From: Crassostrea angulata
Taxonomy: Eukaryota
Assembly (NCBI RefSeq): GCF_025612915.1
Contig: NC_069116.1
Span: forward strand, 6,154,123-6,218,122
Reading direction: 5' to 3'
DNA length: 64,000 bases
Shown here: positions 50,891 to 62,111 of the stretch, piece by piece
Layout: every line of letters begins with the position of its first letter
How positions within the stretch are numbered: position 1 is the stretch's first letter
Translations under genes and position numbers: made by a program
Notes under the pieces: model-generated
Database searches by the model: none
Seen by the model: only the letters and a program-made list of their open reading frames with translations
Told to the model about the DNA's origin: nothing

Positions 50891-51699
50891 TAGTACTTTT
50901 ATCTATTAGGCCAAAAAAAAATTAATCATTAGTTTCTCGGGCCAAAATTTTGAAATTTAGATGAGCAGGCAGGCAGGTTTTTTTTTTTTTTTTTTTTTGC
51001 AAAATTTACAATGACGTTAAGCCATATTTTATGAATTATTTGGCAAAGTTTAAATATTTGTTTTAATTTGTTCTTTTTAGCTGTTTCTGTTTCCTTTTCA
51101 AAGGTTGAGATTTTGCAATTGAACAAACATGACAAATGGTTTGTGCCCCTGTTTCATTTTGCGGCCCATCTTTCCCCTCCACAGTAACACAATAAGTCTG
51201 AACTGAAATTGGGGAATTTCTATGACATTTCACTAGTTGAATTTGCCATATAAAAATTTATCAAATAAAGCATTCATTTGGGGGTGTTTTCTTATCAATC
51301 TCCAGTGCCTTGAGGACAGAAATCAAGAAAAAGTAAATTAGTCATCATAAAATTCTCAAACAATACAATTGTCCTTTATTCCTGCTACTAGGCAATAAAG
51401 AGGCTTCGATTTCTTAAGATAACAGAGAAATTTCAGTGGTAGTGTTAACAGGGACCAACCTAGAGCAAACTTAGTTTAGGAAGACTTCATTTCTGAAATT
51501 CTCCCTCACAGAAAAATAGGGAGAAATTTGAGAAATCAGGTAGACTTCCATTCTTTGAAAATGGCATAATGCTAATGATAATACATGTATAGAATATACA
51601 GATACAACCTTAATTTGAATTGGATTAAAAGCAAGTCAATTGAAAATAAAACAACTCCTAAAAATTCAAAATCTTATCCATTTTTTAAAATTTAATTTA

Positions 51700-52215
51700 T
51701 TTGGTGTATTCATACATTTTGTAGATGAAATGTTTCATAATTGTGTTGGCTAAATGACAAATGAAACCAGTCTATGTGTATCAGTGTATTTTGGAGGTAT
51801 TGGTCCAACCCTTTGACCCAATTACAACCGTCATATAGTTGGATCTGTTTTATTTTAAAGATAACTGTAGACAAACGGTTTTAAGATTATTTTGGCATGA
51901 ACTTGGCAGAGTTATTAACTAATTACAAGTTACCAACTAATTGTAATATCAGCACCTAAAGTTATAAACATCGGTTGTAATTTACAGTACACAGTATGAG
52001 AATGCATCAACCGCATTTATAACCTCTAAAAATAAGACAGTCGCTAGTTATTAATCACAACAGGATTTAACTTAGGCTATGAAAATGTCTTTTGAATTAA
52101 ATGATTATCATTTTATTGCGTTTGGGGTTAACTCACGATCGTAAACTCAGAATACAAGGCAACTTCAACCTCTCTTTCTGAGGAAATTCTGGCGCAGTTA
52201 CCGACCACAAAGTGA
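51700..52215. repeat. Dispersed repeat, copy 2 (see 23790-24130), with an internal insertion.
   Basis: Alignable blocks. Confidence 0.7.
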
Positions 52216-52489
52216 GTACTTATATTTACATAAACTTGTAATTAGCCCAAGTAACCCCCTAGGTTGGTCACTGGGTAGATGTGTCAGATAAAATAGCATT
52301 TTTACTGACAGAGACAAGACTTTATTCTGTATATATTCTGAGCGTTTGTTTACATTGATTTTATAATAGAGAAAAACGATATTGACGAGATATGAAAAAA
52401 TCCAGAAAAATAACGATAAAAAAGTTTGATGCGGCGATGATTTTACTGATGTGACGGTGCCTGAGAAACAAATCATTAATTTTTTTTGG

Positions 52490-53170
52490 CCTTAAACATG
52501 TAACCTGTTTCAAAAAACTTAACCTTATTCAACATCCAAAACCTATGGATCAGATTCAGATTCAAGCCTGTATGGTGCATCAGTATCATAAGACATACCA
52601 TCCATGCAAGTTTGATGAAGTTAGGGCCTGGCCCTGGGGCCATAAAACTTATACAAGCTTACTTTTGATCTAAGTCTTACTTTTACAAAAGGAACATATA
52701 GTGAAAAAGTGAGACTTAGATCAAAAGTGAGCTGGTTTAAGTTTTATGGCCCCGGGGCCAGTAGTAACTAAGATATAATCATCAGAGGGCACCTCCTCCA
52801 AATCTTTAACCAGCTCTAAAAACCTTAACCTCCTCCAGCATCTGAAACCTATGGCTCAAATTCAGCATTCAAGCCTGTCTGGAGCATCAGTATCATAAGA
52901 CGCACCATCCATGCAAGTTTGGTGAAGTTAAGACCAGTAGTAACTAAGATATAATCATCAGAGGGCACCTGCAACAAAAACTTTAACCAGCTCTAAAAAC
53001 CTTAACCTCCTCCAGCATCTGAAATTTAGGACCCATATTCAGCATCCAAGTCTTTCAAGTCCATAAGTAGGTCCAGGTGCATCATCCATGCAAGTTTAGT
53101 GAAGATAGGACAAGTAATAACTTAGATACAGGACCTTCAACAAAAACTTTAACCAGGTCCGGAAGCCGAC
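52490..53170. repeat. Satellite cluster 2: about 3.5 units of a roughly 187-bp satellite (...aaccttaacctcctccagcatctgaaacctatggctcaaattcagcattcaagcctgtctgg...ccatccatgcaagtttggtgaagttaagacc...).
   Basis: Tandem units seen. One unit is interrupted by a MITE with 45-bp inverted termini at 52622-52760 (ggccctggggccataaaacttatacaagcttac...gtaagctggtttaagttttatggccccggggcc). Confidence 0.8.
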
Positions 53171-53411
53171 GCCGGGGGTATAGCATAAGCTCTCCTTGAC
53201 TTTGTCTCGGTGAGCTAAAAATTCATAATAACCTACATACAGTTGAATATTGATGAGCTATATTGTAAATAGGATTAAGGAAAGCCTGTATAAAGCGGTC
53301 ACCTAAAGAAACCAATACATATGTATTTTTTAACCTACACACTGTAAAAACAGTTAGACCTTCATGAGCTAGATTGTAATAAAAAAAATTAAGGTAAAGG
53401 TGTTCACTTAC

Positions 53412-53568
53412 ATCAGGGTTATCACAGCCAATCATTTCTCCATAGGATACTTGGTGACAGAGACAGTAAGTTGGTTCATTGGGATCCACCGGCATGTCCA
53501 GGACATCAGAAGCATGAGTGATGGACAGAGAGGACAGAATTGGTATAGAGGCCACTTCTTCTGGGGCA
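53412..53568 (-). CDS. ING5: ING4/5-like exon 6, (S)[52 protein letters not shown], first half of the PHD finger.
   Basis: Track ORF 53223..53555 frame. [26 protein letters not shown] is identical to vertebrate ING4/5. Acceptor ctattccag, donor GAT|GTAAGT. Confidence 0.9.
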
Positions 53569-54215
53569 CTGGAATAGTAAAGCCAAATTCAATTACTTAA
53601 GCAGTGTCATAGTTCCCTAAAATAACTAAAAACCACAGTCCAAGTTGTTAGATTCAACAATACGTTTTTATTTTCCTTGATTTTGAATCAAGTCCAGTTG
53701 CTCAAAAGTATTGATGTTAAAAAAAATTCAGAGGTAAGGATGTAAATAAAATGGTATCCATGTGTAAACTATGTCGGTCATTACTAAAATATTCAACTAC
53801 TTTATCCATGATAAAAACAAATATTGCAAGCACAGAGGTTTATTGTTGAGATGACAAGAGCAGCAATAATGTGCCTTTTGTATCTACAATGATGTCATTT
53901 TTTGATCGAGGTCTAATCATAGTCATATGTAATGTGTTCAAGTTATTAATACATGTAGAAGATTACAATTAAACAAGTAAAGTTCAAGTTAATGAAGTTT
54001 AAACCTAAAATTAATGTAAAGCTCCTAGCTGAAAATTACGGAACCGAGTCAACCCTTAAATTTTTGGACCAGTATCAAAGCCATACAATTGAAGTTCAGC
54101 ACTGATAACTGACTATAACTTTTAAAAAAGTGCATTTTCAATCCAATGTATTTAGTTATTTACAAGTGCTTTCAAAAATTTGACCATTTCTGAAAATCTA
54201 TTTGTTGTTACAAAC

Positions 54216-54300
54216 CTCTGTTGTCCTTTTTTCTTTTTTTTCTTTGGAACTTCATCATCAAATTCATCCTTTTTCCTTTTCTTTTTATCTTTATCTCTGT
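54216..54300 (-). CDS. ING5: ING4/5-like exon 5, Lys-rich NLS region (N)RDKDKKKRKKDEFDDEVPKKKKKKGQQ.
   Basis: Acceptor atcttcag, donor AG|GTTTGT. Phases (1 in, 2 out) link exons 4 and 6 in frame. Confidence 0.75.
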
Positions 54301-54434
54301 CTGAAGATCGAAAGAAATGCTCAAATAAATATTAACAGTTTCATATTTCTTCTTTTTTAAAATCATAATTTTTAATCCACAAGATGTAAACCAATTCTCT
54401 TCATGCAGAAATCTGTCTTGAGAGTTCCACTCAC

Positions 54435-54546
54435 TCTTTTTGCCCGAGTCTGAATCTGATTTTAGCTTTGCCGCTGAACTCTTGTCTTTAAGATCTGCCT
54501 CAAATCTCGCCAGATCTGCATCTAACTTTCGTATATGCTTGTCAAC
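54435..54546 (-). CDS. ING5: ING4/5-like exon 4, [37 protein letters not shown].
   Basis: Track ORF 54208..54564 frame. Matches ING [22 protein letters not shown]. Acceptor ttttacatacag, donor A|GTGAGT. Confidence 0.9.
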
Positions 54547-54794
54547 CTGTATGTAAAACAACAATATTCTTACAAAGTAGAACAGAAATCAGCACAAGTA
54601 ATTTTGTATCATGCTGATACACATTCAAATAAATTTAAACTTTATACAAGTGTAAAATCACTATTCACTTGTGCATAGAAAGCATACAACCATGAACATT
54701 TCATTGATTTTAAAAATATCACAGCAATCCAAAACAAATTTTTTTCAAAAATTTTAAAAAGATTTTTTATTTGAAAATGTGAGGTATAGATAGC

Positions 54795-56346
54795 AAACAA
54801 GAGGCCAAGGGGCCACATCGCTCACCTGAGCAACAATTGCCTTAATTCTGATCAAATTAGCATTACAGTACATGTATCAAAATATCTTGACAACTAAGTA
54901 CAGTAGATCTTGCAAAAAAAAAAATTGAAAATCTGCCAATTTTTATCCACCTCTTTCTTTTGGTAAATACCAAGCCCCTTTTGTTGTTGTACCTGTAAGA
55001 TGACTTTTCTCTTTTCCTATATACCCCCCCCCCCATTTTGTTGCCCCACTTTTCTCTAGGGTATCATGGTTTCATCAAACTTATATCTGCATAACCTGTG
55101 CTTTCACACTAAGTACTGAGTTTTGGACCGAAAAACTTTCCCAGAATATTTTTAAAGATTTTCTCTATATATGTAAAAATTCAAACCGCCATCACAGCCC
55201 CGCCCTACCACTAGGGACTGTGATTTTGAAATTACACTACCCGAGGATGCCTCTACACAAGTTAAAGCTTTTCTGGCCAAATGGTCTTTAAAAAGAAGAT
55301 TTTTAAAGATTTTCTCTATATATTCCTATGTAAAAATTCATCCCCCTATTGTGGCCCCACCCTACCCCCGGGGACCATGATTTTAACGAACTTGAATCTA
55401 CACTATCTGAGGATGCTTCCACTCAAATTTGAGCTTTCCTGGCCTAATAGTTTTTGAGAAGAAGATTTTTAAATATTTTCTCTATATATTCCTATGTAAA
55501 ACTTGACCCCCCAATTGTGGCCCCACCCTACCCCTGGGGACCATGATTTGAACGAACTTGAATCTACACTACCTGTGGATGCTCCCATTTTAATTTGAGC
55601 TTTTGTGGCCCAATAGTTTTTGAGAAGAAGATTTTTTAAGATTTTCTCTATATATTCCTATGTAAAACTTGACCCCCAAATTGTGGCCCCACCCTACCCC
55701 TGGGGACCATGATTTGAACGAACTTGAATCTCCACTTCCTGAGGATGCTTCCACTCAAAGTTGAGCTTTTCTGGCCTAATAATTTTTGAGAAGAAGATTT
55801 GTTAAAAATTTTCTCTATATATTCCTATGTAAAACTTGATCCCCCAATTGTGGCCCCACCCTACCCCCCGGACCCATGATTTGAAAAAACTTGAATCTAC
55901 ACTACCTGTGGATGCTTCCATTTTAATTTGAGCTTTTGTGGCCCAATACTTTTTGAGAAGAAGATTTTTAAAGATTTTCTCTATATATTCCTATGTAAAA
56001 CTTGATCCCCTTCTTGTGGCCCCTCCCTACCCCCGGGGACCATGATTTGAACAAACTTGAATCTACACTACCTGAGGATGCCTCCACACAAGTTTTAGCT
56101 TTTCAGGCCAAATAGTTTTTGAGAAGAAGATTTTTGAAAAATACCAACAAATTTTCAATAATTCTCAATTATCTCCCCTTTAAAGAGGGCGTGGCCCTTC
56201 ATTTGAACAAACTTAAATCCCCTTCACCTAGTGGTGCTTTGTGCCAAATTTGGTTGAAATCTGCCCAGTGGTTTTTGAGAAGAAGATGAAAATGTGAAAG
56301 TTAACGACGACAACGACGACGACAACGACTACGACAGACAACGGAC

Positions 56347-56378
<32 letters not shown>

Positions 56379-56400
56379 TGGCTCAGGTGAGCTAAAAATG
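54795..56400 (+). mobile_element. Composite non-autonomous element B, inside ING intron 3. Terminus caagaggccaaggggccacatcgctcacctgagc. About 6 tandem 180-bp units (55130-56130, reverse complement of the element-A units). Right arm of about 250 bp ending ...gatcagaaaagctcacttgagcctttggctcaggtgagc.
   Basis: Homologous to elements A and C in termini and arm. A C11 tract lies at the left border. Confidence 0.7.
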
Positions 56401-56859
56401 TCACAAAGTTTGAAACATTTAATGGTAAAATCAATTTTGTACAAGAATTTACCTTAGAGATTTTAATAATTTCTTATTTAGCTTTATAATGAGATGGAAC
56501 AAATAATTATTGGCAAGACACAAATCTTTTCCCCCCCTGAATCTCTGATCAGATTCTCGTACATCTGAGTACCTGGCACAATAAGTGATAAAACTACTTT
56601 AAATGTTACATTCCTTCCATAAAGATGAACAGTTCTTTCCCCTAGCAGGAGTTAACCTGTCAGTTTCAAGGGTTGGTAATAGCACTAAATGTAGCAGAAA
56701 GGTATATTAATGATGCACACGATCTGGGTAAGATTCTAACCCATGCCCTCCTGAATCTCTAGATAGGTGCTTTACTAACTTAGCTTTCATATGCCAGTGA
56801 TTCAAGTTCATTCAACCTGTTTATCCGTCAAAGATGTATAAAAAATAAAGATGTTTTAC

Positions 56860-57026
56860 CATTTCATATGTCTGCATGGCTAACTGTACTTTGTCATCTC
56901 CATATTCTCTGCTTTTTGAGAATTTGTTTTCTATTGAAGAGAGTTTCTGCGTTCGTTTTTCTGGCGACATCCCTCTAACGTTTTTCAAATACTCCTCTGC
57001 TAGTCCATCAATGTCTTTTAATAGGT
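56860..57026 (-). CDS. ING5: ING4/5-like exon 3, (D)[55 protein letters not shown].
   Basis: Track ORF 56821..57045 frame. [14 protein letters not shown] is identical to human ING4/5. Acceptor ttgttttag, donor ATG|GTAAAA. Confidence 0.9.
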
Positions 57027-57290
57027 CTAAAACAAAGACAACCATTTCTTTTATCGTGCATCACCATTCTTTTTCAATATCTGTATCCCAAATCCTCACT
57101 AATCTAAACTTTGATTACAGCTAAACACTAATAAAACTGTTTATATCCAATATTTAGAGAGTTAAATCATCTTACCATTAAGATCATAATAATTATTGAA
57201 TAATTTGAAATTATAACACAGTAAATATTATGATTGAAATGTACATAATGATTAAAGTAGTGATAACATATTTAATTGGCAGCATCCTAC

Positions 57291-57362
57291 CTTGAGTTCG
57301 CTGATCTAAATCTCTCATAAGGTTAAAATTCCTTTGTAACTCTGTTGGCAGAGTCTCAAGAC
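57291..57362 (-). CDS. ING5: ING4/5-like exon 2, (S)LETLPTELQRNFNLMRDLDQRTQ.
   Basis: Track ORF 57211..57408 frame. LPxELQRNFQLMRDLDQRTE is conserved. Acceptor tatatcatag, donor G|GTAGGA. Confidence 0.9.
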
Positions 57363-57773
57363 CTATGATATAAAAACAGATAAATAAAAATATTAACTTA
57401 CGAATCATTTAAACATTTTCATACATTTCCTATAGAAGATGGACATTGATTTTGACAGCTGCTAAAAATTTAAAACCCCAAATTAGTAGTGTGATCTGTC
57501 AAAGAATTTCAGTATTAATAAAAATTTGTTAATGATAAAATACTCACATCTCTAAGCATTTGAAAATAAATTACAAATGGGTTAGCGTAAAAACTAGTTT
57601 TTAATAGGGAACGTTATTTCTGGCGCAATTTCATCTGGTCGGTGAATGAAGAAATTGAGTGATATGGTATGTGAACAACTATACATATTCAAATCTTACA
57701 AGTTTCTTAAAGCAAATGGATCATTAAAATTTGATGTTAAAGAACTTTTCATTGCAGAAACACAAAATCTTAC

Positions 57774-57810
57774 TGTCCAGATAATGTTCTAAATACATTG
57801 CAGTCGCCAT
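57774..57810 (-). CDS. ING5: ING4/5-like exon 1, MATAMYLEHYLD (ATG at 57808-57810).
   Basis: Identical to the ING5 N-terminus MATAMYLEHYLDS. Kozak-like aaaacATGG. Donor A|GTAAGA, phase 1, completes the Ser codon with exon 2. Placed by hand. Confidence 0.8.
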
Positions 57811-59514
57811 GTTTTCTCTTCTCTTCATTTGAAAGGTCATGTGACTTTTTTATTTGGGTTTCAAATGGCCTAAAAAACTATGACCGGATATTTACTGAAC
57901 ATAACATCTTTTATAATAATATTTATTATATTCATATTGATATACGTATCAAATCATAAAGGACACAATAAATTATGTACACAAAGTAATCATATTTTAT
58001 ATAATTATCTCATTATACCAACAAATCTCCGCGCTTTCAAATAACAATTTCAGATAAGTTCATGAAAAGATACAGGCAGCTGATATTGATACTTATTAAC
58101 TTATTCCAATTAAAGTTTTATATAACATACCAACACAAAATTTTCCCCACAAAAACATTGAATTAGTATAGGTCTGATAAATTTCTTTCCACGACATAAA
58201 TATAAAAAGGTTACAATATTAACTAATTAATATATCAAAATTGACGTGCACACGATTGATAATGTGCAAAAACAATATTGTGGGAACCTCAGTGTATTTT
58301 GATTATTGGAAACGGGCAATATAATAAAAAAATGTTTGGTACCGATGATTTAAAAAAAATAGGATTTGTAATTATTTTATTTTTCTTATACGATCAATAA
58401 AATTAAGTGGATTGTTTCAAATTCATAAAACATGATTTATGTACGGAAAATAAACTTTTCCATTGTATTTCCAGGTTTGAAATATCTATTCAATATTTAA
58501 TTGTAAAATGATTGTAGTAAATAATTTTCGCGCCATATCATGCAATGAAAGATGATACATTAATTTATACTTGTAAATTTGTCTAATTATCCCGGCATAT
58601 ATAACCCCCCCCCCCCCCCACAAAAAAAAAAAACTGGCCAGTAAGATATATTTTATTTATTTATCATACTTCTACTCTACGGATTGCCACAGACTTTAAA
58701 TAAAGTCGCAATCAGTCAATGGAAACAATTTGCAAATCATTTTCGTATTAAAAATATTTGATTAAAAAATCGGTCAAGGAAATCGTCATGTTAATGTGAG
58801 TTATATACAGTGGTTTATTTAGAAAAGGTTCAATTGCGTGGTGCCCGAATTGCCCGAATTGTCACTGGGTTGCCAATTTTTGTATCAAGGGCCAGGCGAC
58901 ACGTTTCTCGAGAATCTTTTTTGTATCTCCTCGTAATAAAGAGTTCCAATAAAAATATTAATTTTATAATTACTTTAAAAATGACCAAAATTTACTATGG
59001 TTATATGTGTACATGGTCGAGTGGTTAGAACCGTGGCCGCTCACTGCCAGAAGCGTACGTATAGGTTCTAGAGGTCGTGAGTTCAAAGCTAAAGATATAG
59101 TTCTAATTTAGTAATTTTGGCTATGCTGTAGATGTATTTATTTTTATATCAGCAATTCAAGTGTATTTTCAAGAAGATTATATTGGAAATTGCATACTCT
59201 AGTATTTTGCAGGAATGCCTGGTAAGGTACCCTAATTTTTTGCAAGTAAACTTGTCAAAGTAGTAGTAAACCATTAACAACTTCCTGAAAAAAAGTTATC
59301 TAAAATTGAGGAACGTGTCGTCTGACCTTAATTAACACATATATCGAGTAAATAACATTACATAACATTTTCTGTATTCCATTCCGTTCCGTTTTCCGTT
59401 CCGCGTTTTAGCTTTTTTTTTTTGCTTGTCAAAATTTCTGAAGAATAGTCCCCCCCCCCCCCCCCCCACACACACTTTGAATTTGCTTCCGACGCCACTT
59501 ATTAATAATACTAC

Positions 59515-59685
59515 CACCAGGTAAGATGTATATTTTACATGTTGCAAATATTTTCTATAGTTTAGCTTGTTGGTAAATCAACGTTATTTACTCTCTTTAA
59601 TTATCGCGAAATTCCTCCTTACTGTGATGCCAACAAGCTAAACTATAGATGTAAAATGTACATTTTACCTGGTGATAATACTGTT
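59515..59685. repeat. Foldback or MITE-like inverted repeat with about 55-bp arms (caccaggtaagatgtatattttacatgttgc...ctatagtttagcttgttgg / ccaacaagctaaactatagatgtaaaatgtacattttacctggtg).
   Basis: Seen in sequence. A C22 tract and a ttgaatttgcttccgacgccact motif shared with 23214-23240 lie just upstream. Confidence 0.8.
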
Positions 59686-59929
59686 ATTTATGTCTCTGCT
59701 TTAAATTTAATACTGATTGACTGCCTCATTTCCTTTATTGAAAAGGGAGCCATGACATTCATCCATGAAAGAGGACTTAAAAAGTTCTGATTTCTTTCAT
59801 AGCTATAAAAAATTCTTATTCGTGGACAATGTCCAAAATTCCAAGACCACGAAATAAATTTTCCCGTTTTTATCCGGACACCAATTTTGTTAGAATCGAA
59901 GGAAAACATCACCCCCATGGCCGATTGCG

Positions 59930-60094
59930 ATGGCTCTGAAGTTCCACAACCGTGTTGGAACGCTTGTCACTCTTAGTAACAACAATTGCACGGCCCAGAG
60001 AAACCATCCCACGCAGGAATTCAACAATGGGGTAGTAATGAGTGCGGAACCACTCCAGGACAATGTTCCTTTCGAAGTTCGAATAGACCGAAAG
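59930..60094 (+). CDS. NEURL4: NEURL4-like exon a (start of NHR1), [55 protein letters not shown]. The ATG at 59930 is a possible start; an in-frame stop lies at about 59892.
   Basis: Track ORF 59930..60154. Neuralized homology repeat start (FHxxxGxxVxLS...EFNNGVV...FEV). The only phase-consistent join to exon b requires a GC donor (AAG|GCAGGC) at 60095. Confidence 0.6.
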
Positions 60095-60340
60095 GCAGGC
60101 ATTATCATTTTAATTTTTAGCATAATTTGGCCCATAACGTCTTCAGTGTTTTAAATTTTACTCATTGTGTCATAAAGAAAATAAAAAGAACTCTAGTTAA
60201 TGACATACAGGCTGGTAGATTAACATATTATCGAAGTTATCGAATATGTAATTAGGTAGTTCGAATTTCCTCTTTAGAAATACACTAAAATTTACTTGAA
60301 ATCTAAAACTTGTATTGTAAGTCTGTGTTCTGATCTGCAG

Positions 60341-60524
60341 GTAAACTCCTGGAGTGGTTCTATTGAGATAGGTGTCACAACATGTGACCCTAGCACTATG
60401 AAATTCCCTATCAGTGCCACAGGATTCAGAGAGGGAACATGGGTGATGTCTGGTAGCTCCATATTGAGGGATGGACACTCTGTCATTGAGGAATATGGGG
60501 CAGATCTTGATCAACTTAATGAAG
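60341..60524 (+). CDS. NEURL4: NEURL4-like exon b (NHR1 middle), [61 protein letters not shown](G).
   Basis: Track ORF 60296..60559 frame. [10 protein letters not shown]...GTWVMSGS is the NHR core. Acceptor ctgcag, donor G|GTATTG. Confidence 0.85.
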
Positions 60525-60770
60525 GTATTGTTTCATGCACAGTTGCCTGCATAATTTGATAGTAGATTGAGCTGTATGGACCTTGGATATCACAGCTGGG
60601 TTACTCAGCGGTATAGAATTGCAGGGATCCTGGGTTTGATTCTTTGTCCAGTTTGTATTTTCATTGCATACATTATTGTTCCAAAGCAAATGAGAAAGGG
60701 GTAATCATAAATGTAAGAGATTTAATGACAGGGGCATTTTATGTTGTAAATAGTCAGTTTTTTTTATAAG

Positions 60771-60950
60771 GTGAAAAGGTTGGTGTGATGCGTACAACAG
60801 ATGGGACTCTCCATTTTCTGGTGAATGGGGTAGACCAAGGCCCAGCAGCTAATGGCATTGCAGCAAAAGTATACGCAGTCATAGATATGTACGGAAAATG
60901 TGCCCAAGTTACCATTGTTGACAATGCACCTGGAACCAACCAGGAAAATG
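60771..60950 (+). CDS. NEURL4: NEURL4-like exon c (NHR1 end), (G)[59 protein letters not shown].
   Basis: Track ORF 60785..61012 frame. Acceptor ttttttataag, donor G|GTATGT. Confidence 0.85.
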
Positions 60951-61232
60951 GTATGTATATTGTTCACTCATTTTCAAATAACTTATTTTTTTTAATCTTA
61001 GTGAATCAGTAAATTTTTGTGTTTAAGACCATCCTAAAGCTTAGCAGAATTACATATTTTGATATGAAATATATTTCAGGATATATTTATTCTAAACTAA
61101 TTTCTGACCTTGTCCATGGGTTCTCTCAGCAAAAATTTAATACACTTCGTTTTGTTCTTAAAGAATTGAGTTTTCTTTTCATAAAAACTACATTTGTAAT
61201 TTTTGAATCTGTCTTCTGTGTTTTTATTGCAG

Positions 61233-61510
61233 ATGGAATTTCCAATGATGTTGCTAGTCAGCTTGCAAATGAGTTCCTTACTCAACTGTCCAATCAAATA
61301 GTAAATGATTTGACAAGAAATGTAGAGGCCCTGGGAATAGACACTGTAGCTCCCAGTTCCAATGAGCGTCTGACATTCCATGAGCGCTGTGGAAGTCTCG
61401 TCAAACTCAGTAACAGCCGTCGAACGGCTGAGAGACGCCATCCACTGGATGAATTCAATAATGGAGTAGTAATGACCAATCGACCTTTGAAAAATGATGA
61501 GTTATTTGAG
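61233..61510 (+). CDS. NEURL4: NEURL4-like exon d (linker and start of NHR2), (D)[21 protein letters not shown]...[48 protein letters not shown].
   Basis: Track ORF 61019..61591 frame. Acceptor tttattgcag, donor GAG|GTATCC. Confidence 0.85.
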
Positions 61511-61706
61511 GTATCCATTGAGTTGGATATTAGTACTGAATCATATACCTGTAAAACCTTAAATCTAATAAAAATTAAATGCTGCAAATAATTGGGTGTA
61601 TAATGTATCTGTGTTAATAACTATAGTCATGAAGTAAAATTATACATGTCCTTCATAATTTGCAACAAGGGAATAAAGGGACACTTTTTTGTTGATTTTT
61701 TTTCAG

Positions 61707-61818
61707 ATTCGCTTGGATGTATTGGTTGACAAATGGTCAGGATCCATAGAGGTAGGAATTACTACCCACAATCCCTCTGTGTTAGACTTTCCTGCCACCA
61801 TGACTAACATGAGATCAG
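61707..61818 (+). CDS. NEURL4: NEURL4-like exon e (NHR2), [37 protein letters not shown](G).
   Basis: Acceptor tttttttcag, donor G|GTAAAT. Keeps the exact FEx(9)W spacing of the other NHR copies. Placed by hand. Confidence 0.8.
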
Positions 61819-62111
61819 GTAAATCTTTAAGAGGTTAATATGTTTAAAAATTATGAACATGGAAAAAAAAATCTCATATACTCATAATTAGAAAAAGAAG
61901 GAAAAACTAGTGATTAGATGCTATTCATGTTGTTCTTTTAAACCATTCTAGAGGTTTTTGTATGTAAATGTACAAACTATATGTATGCATTTGCTACAGA
62001 CCTTATAAAGTGGACTCTTCACAAGATATTAGACATTTGATCTACTGTTGAATGCATCATTGTGATGAGCTGAGCTCATCATTACTTAGTCTGTAGACCT
62101 GGATGTTGTAG

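Noticed and set aside
59000-59090. tRNA-like stretch (ggtcgagtggttagaacc...gtcgtgagttcaaagc), and a second at 60560-60650 (ctcagcggtatagaattgcagggatcctgggtttgattc).
   Set aside because: A- and B-box-like motifs are present but no complete cloverleaf with a matching acceptor stem could be folded by eye. These are more likely SINE or tRNA-pseudogene fragments. Not called as tRNA genes.
60095-60154. Extending NEURL4-like exon a through AGIIILIFSIIWPITSS to a GT donor at 60146.
   Set aside because: It would insert 17 hydrophobic residues into the conserved NHR core. The other NHR copies show exact FEx(9)W spacing. A GC donor at 60095 is preferred, but flagged as uncertain.
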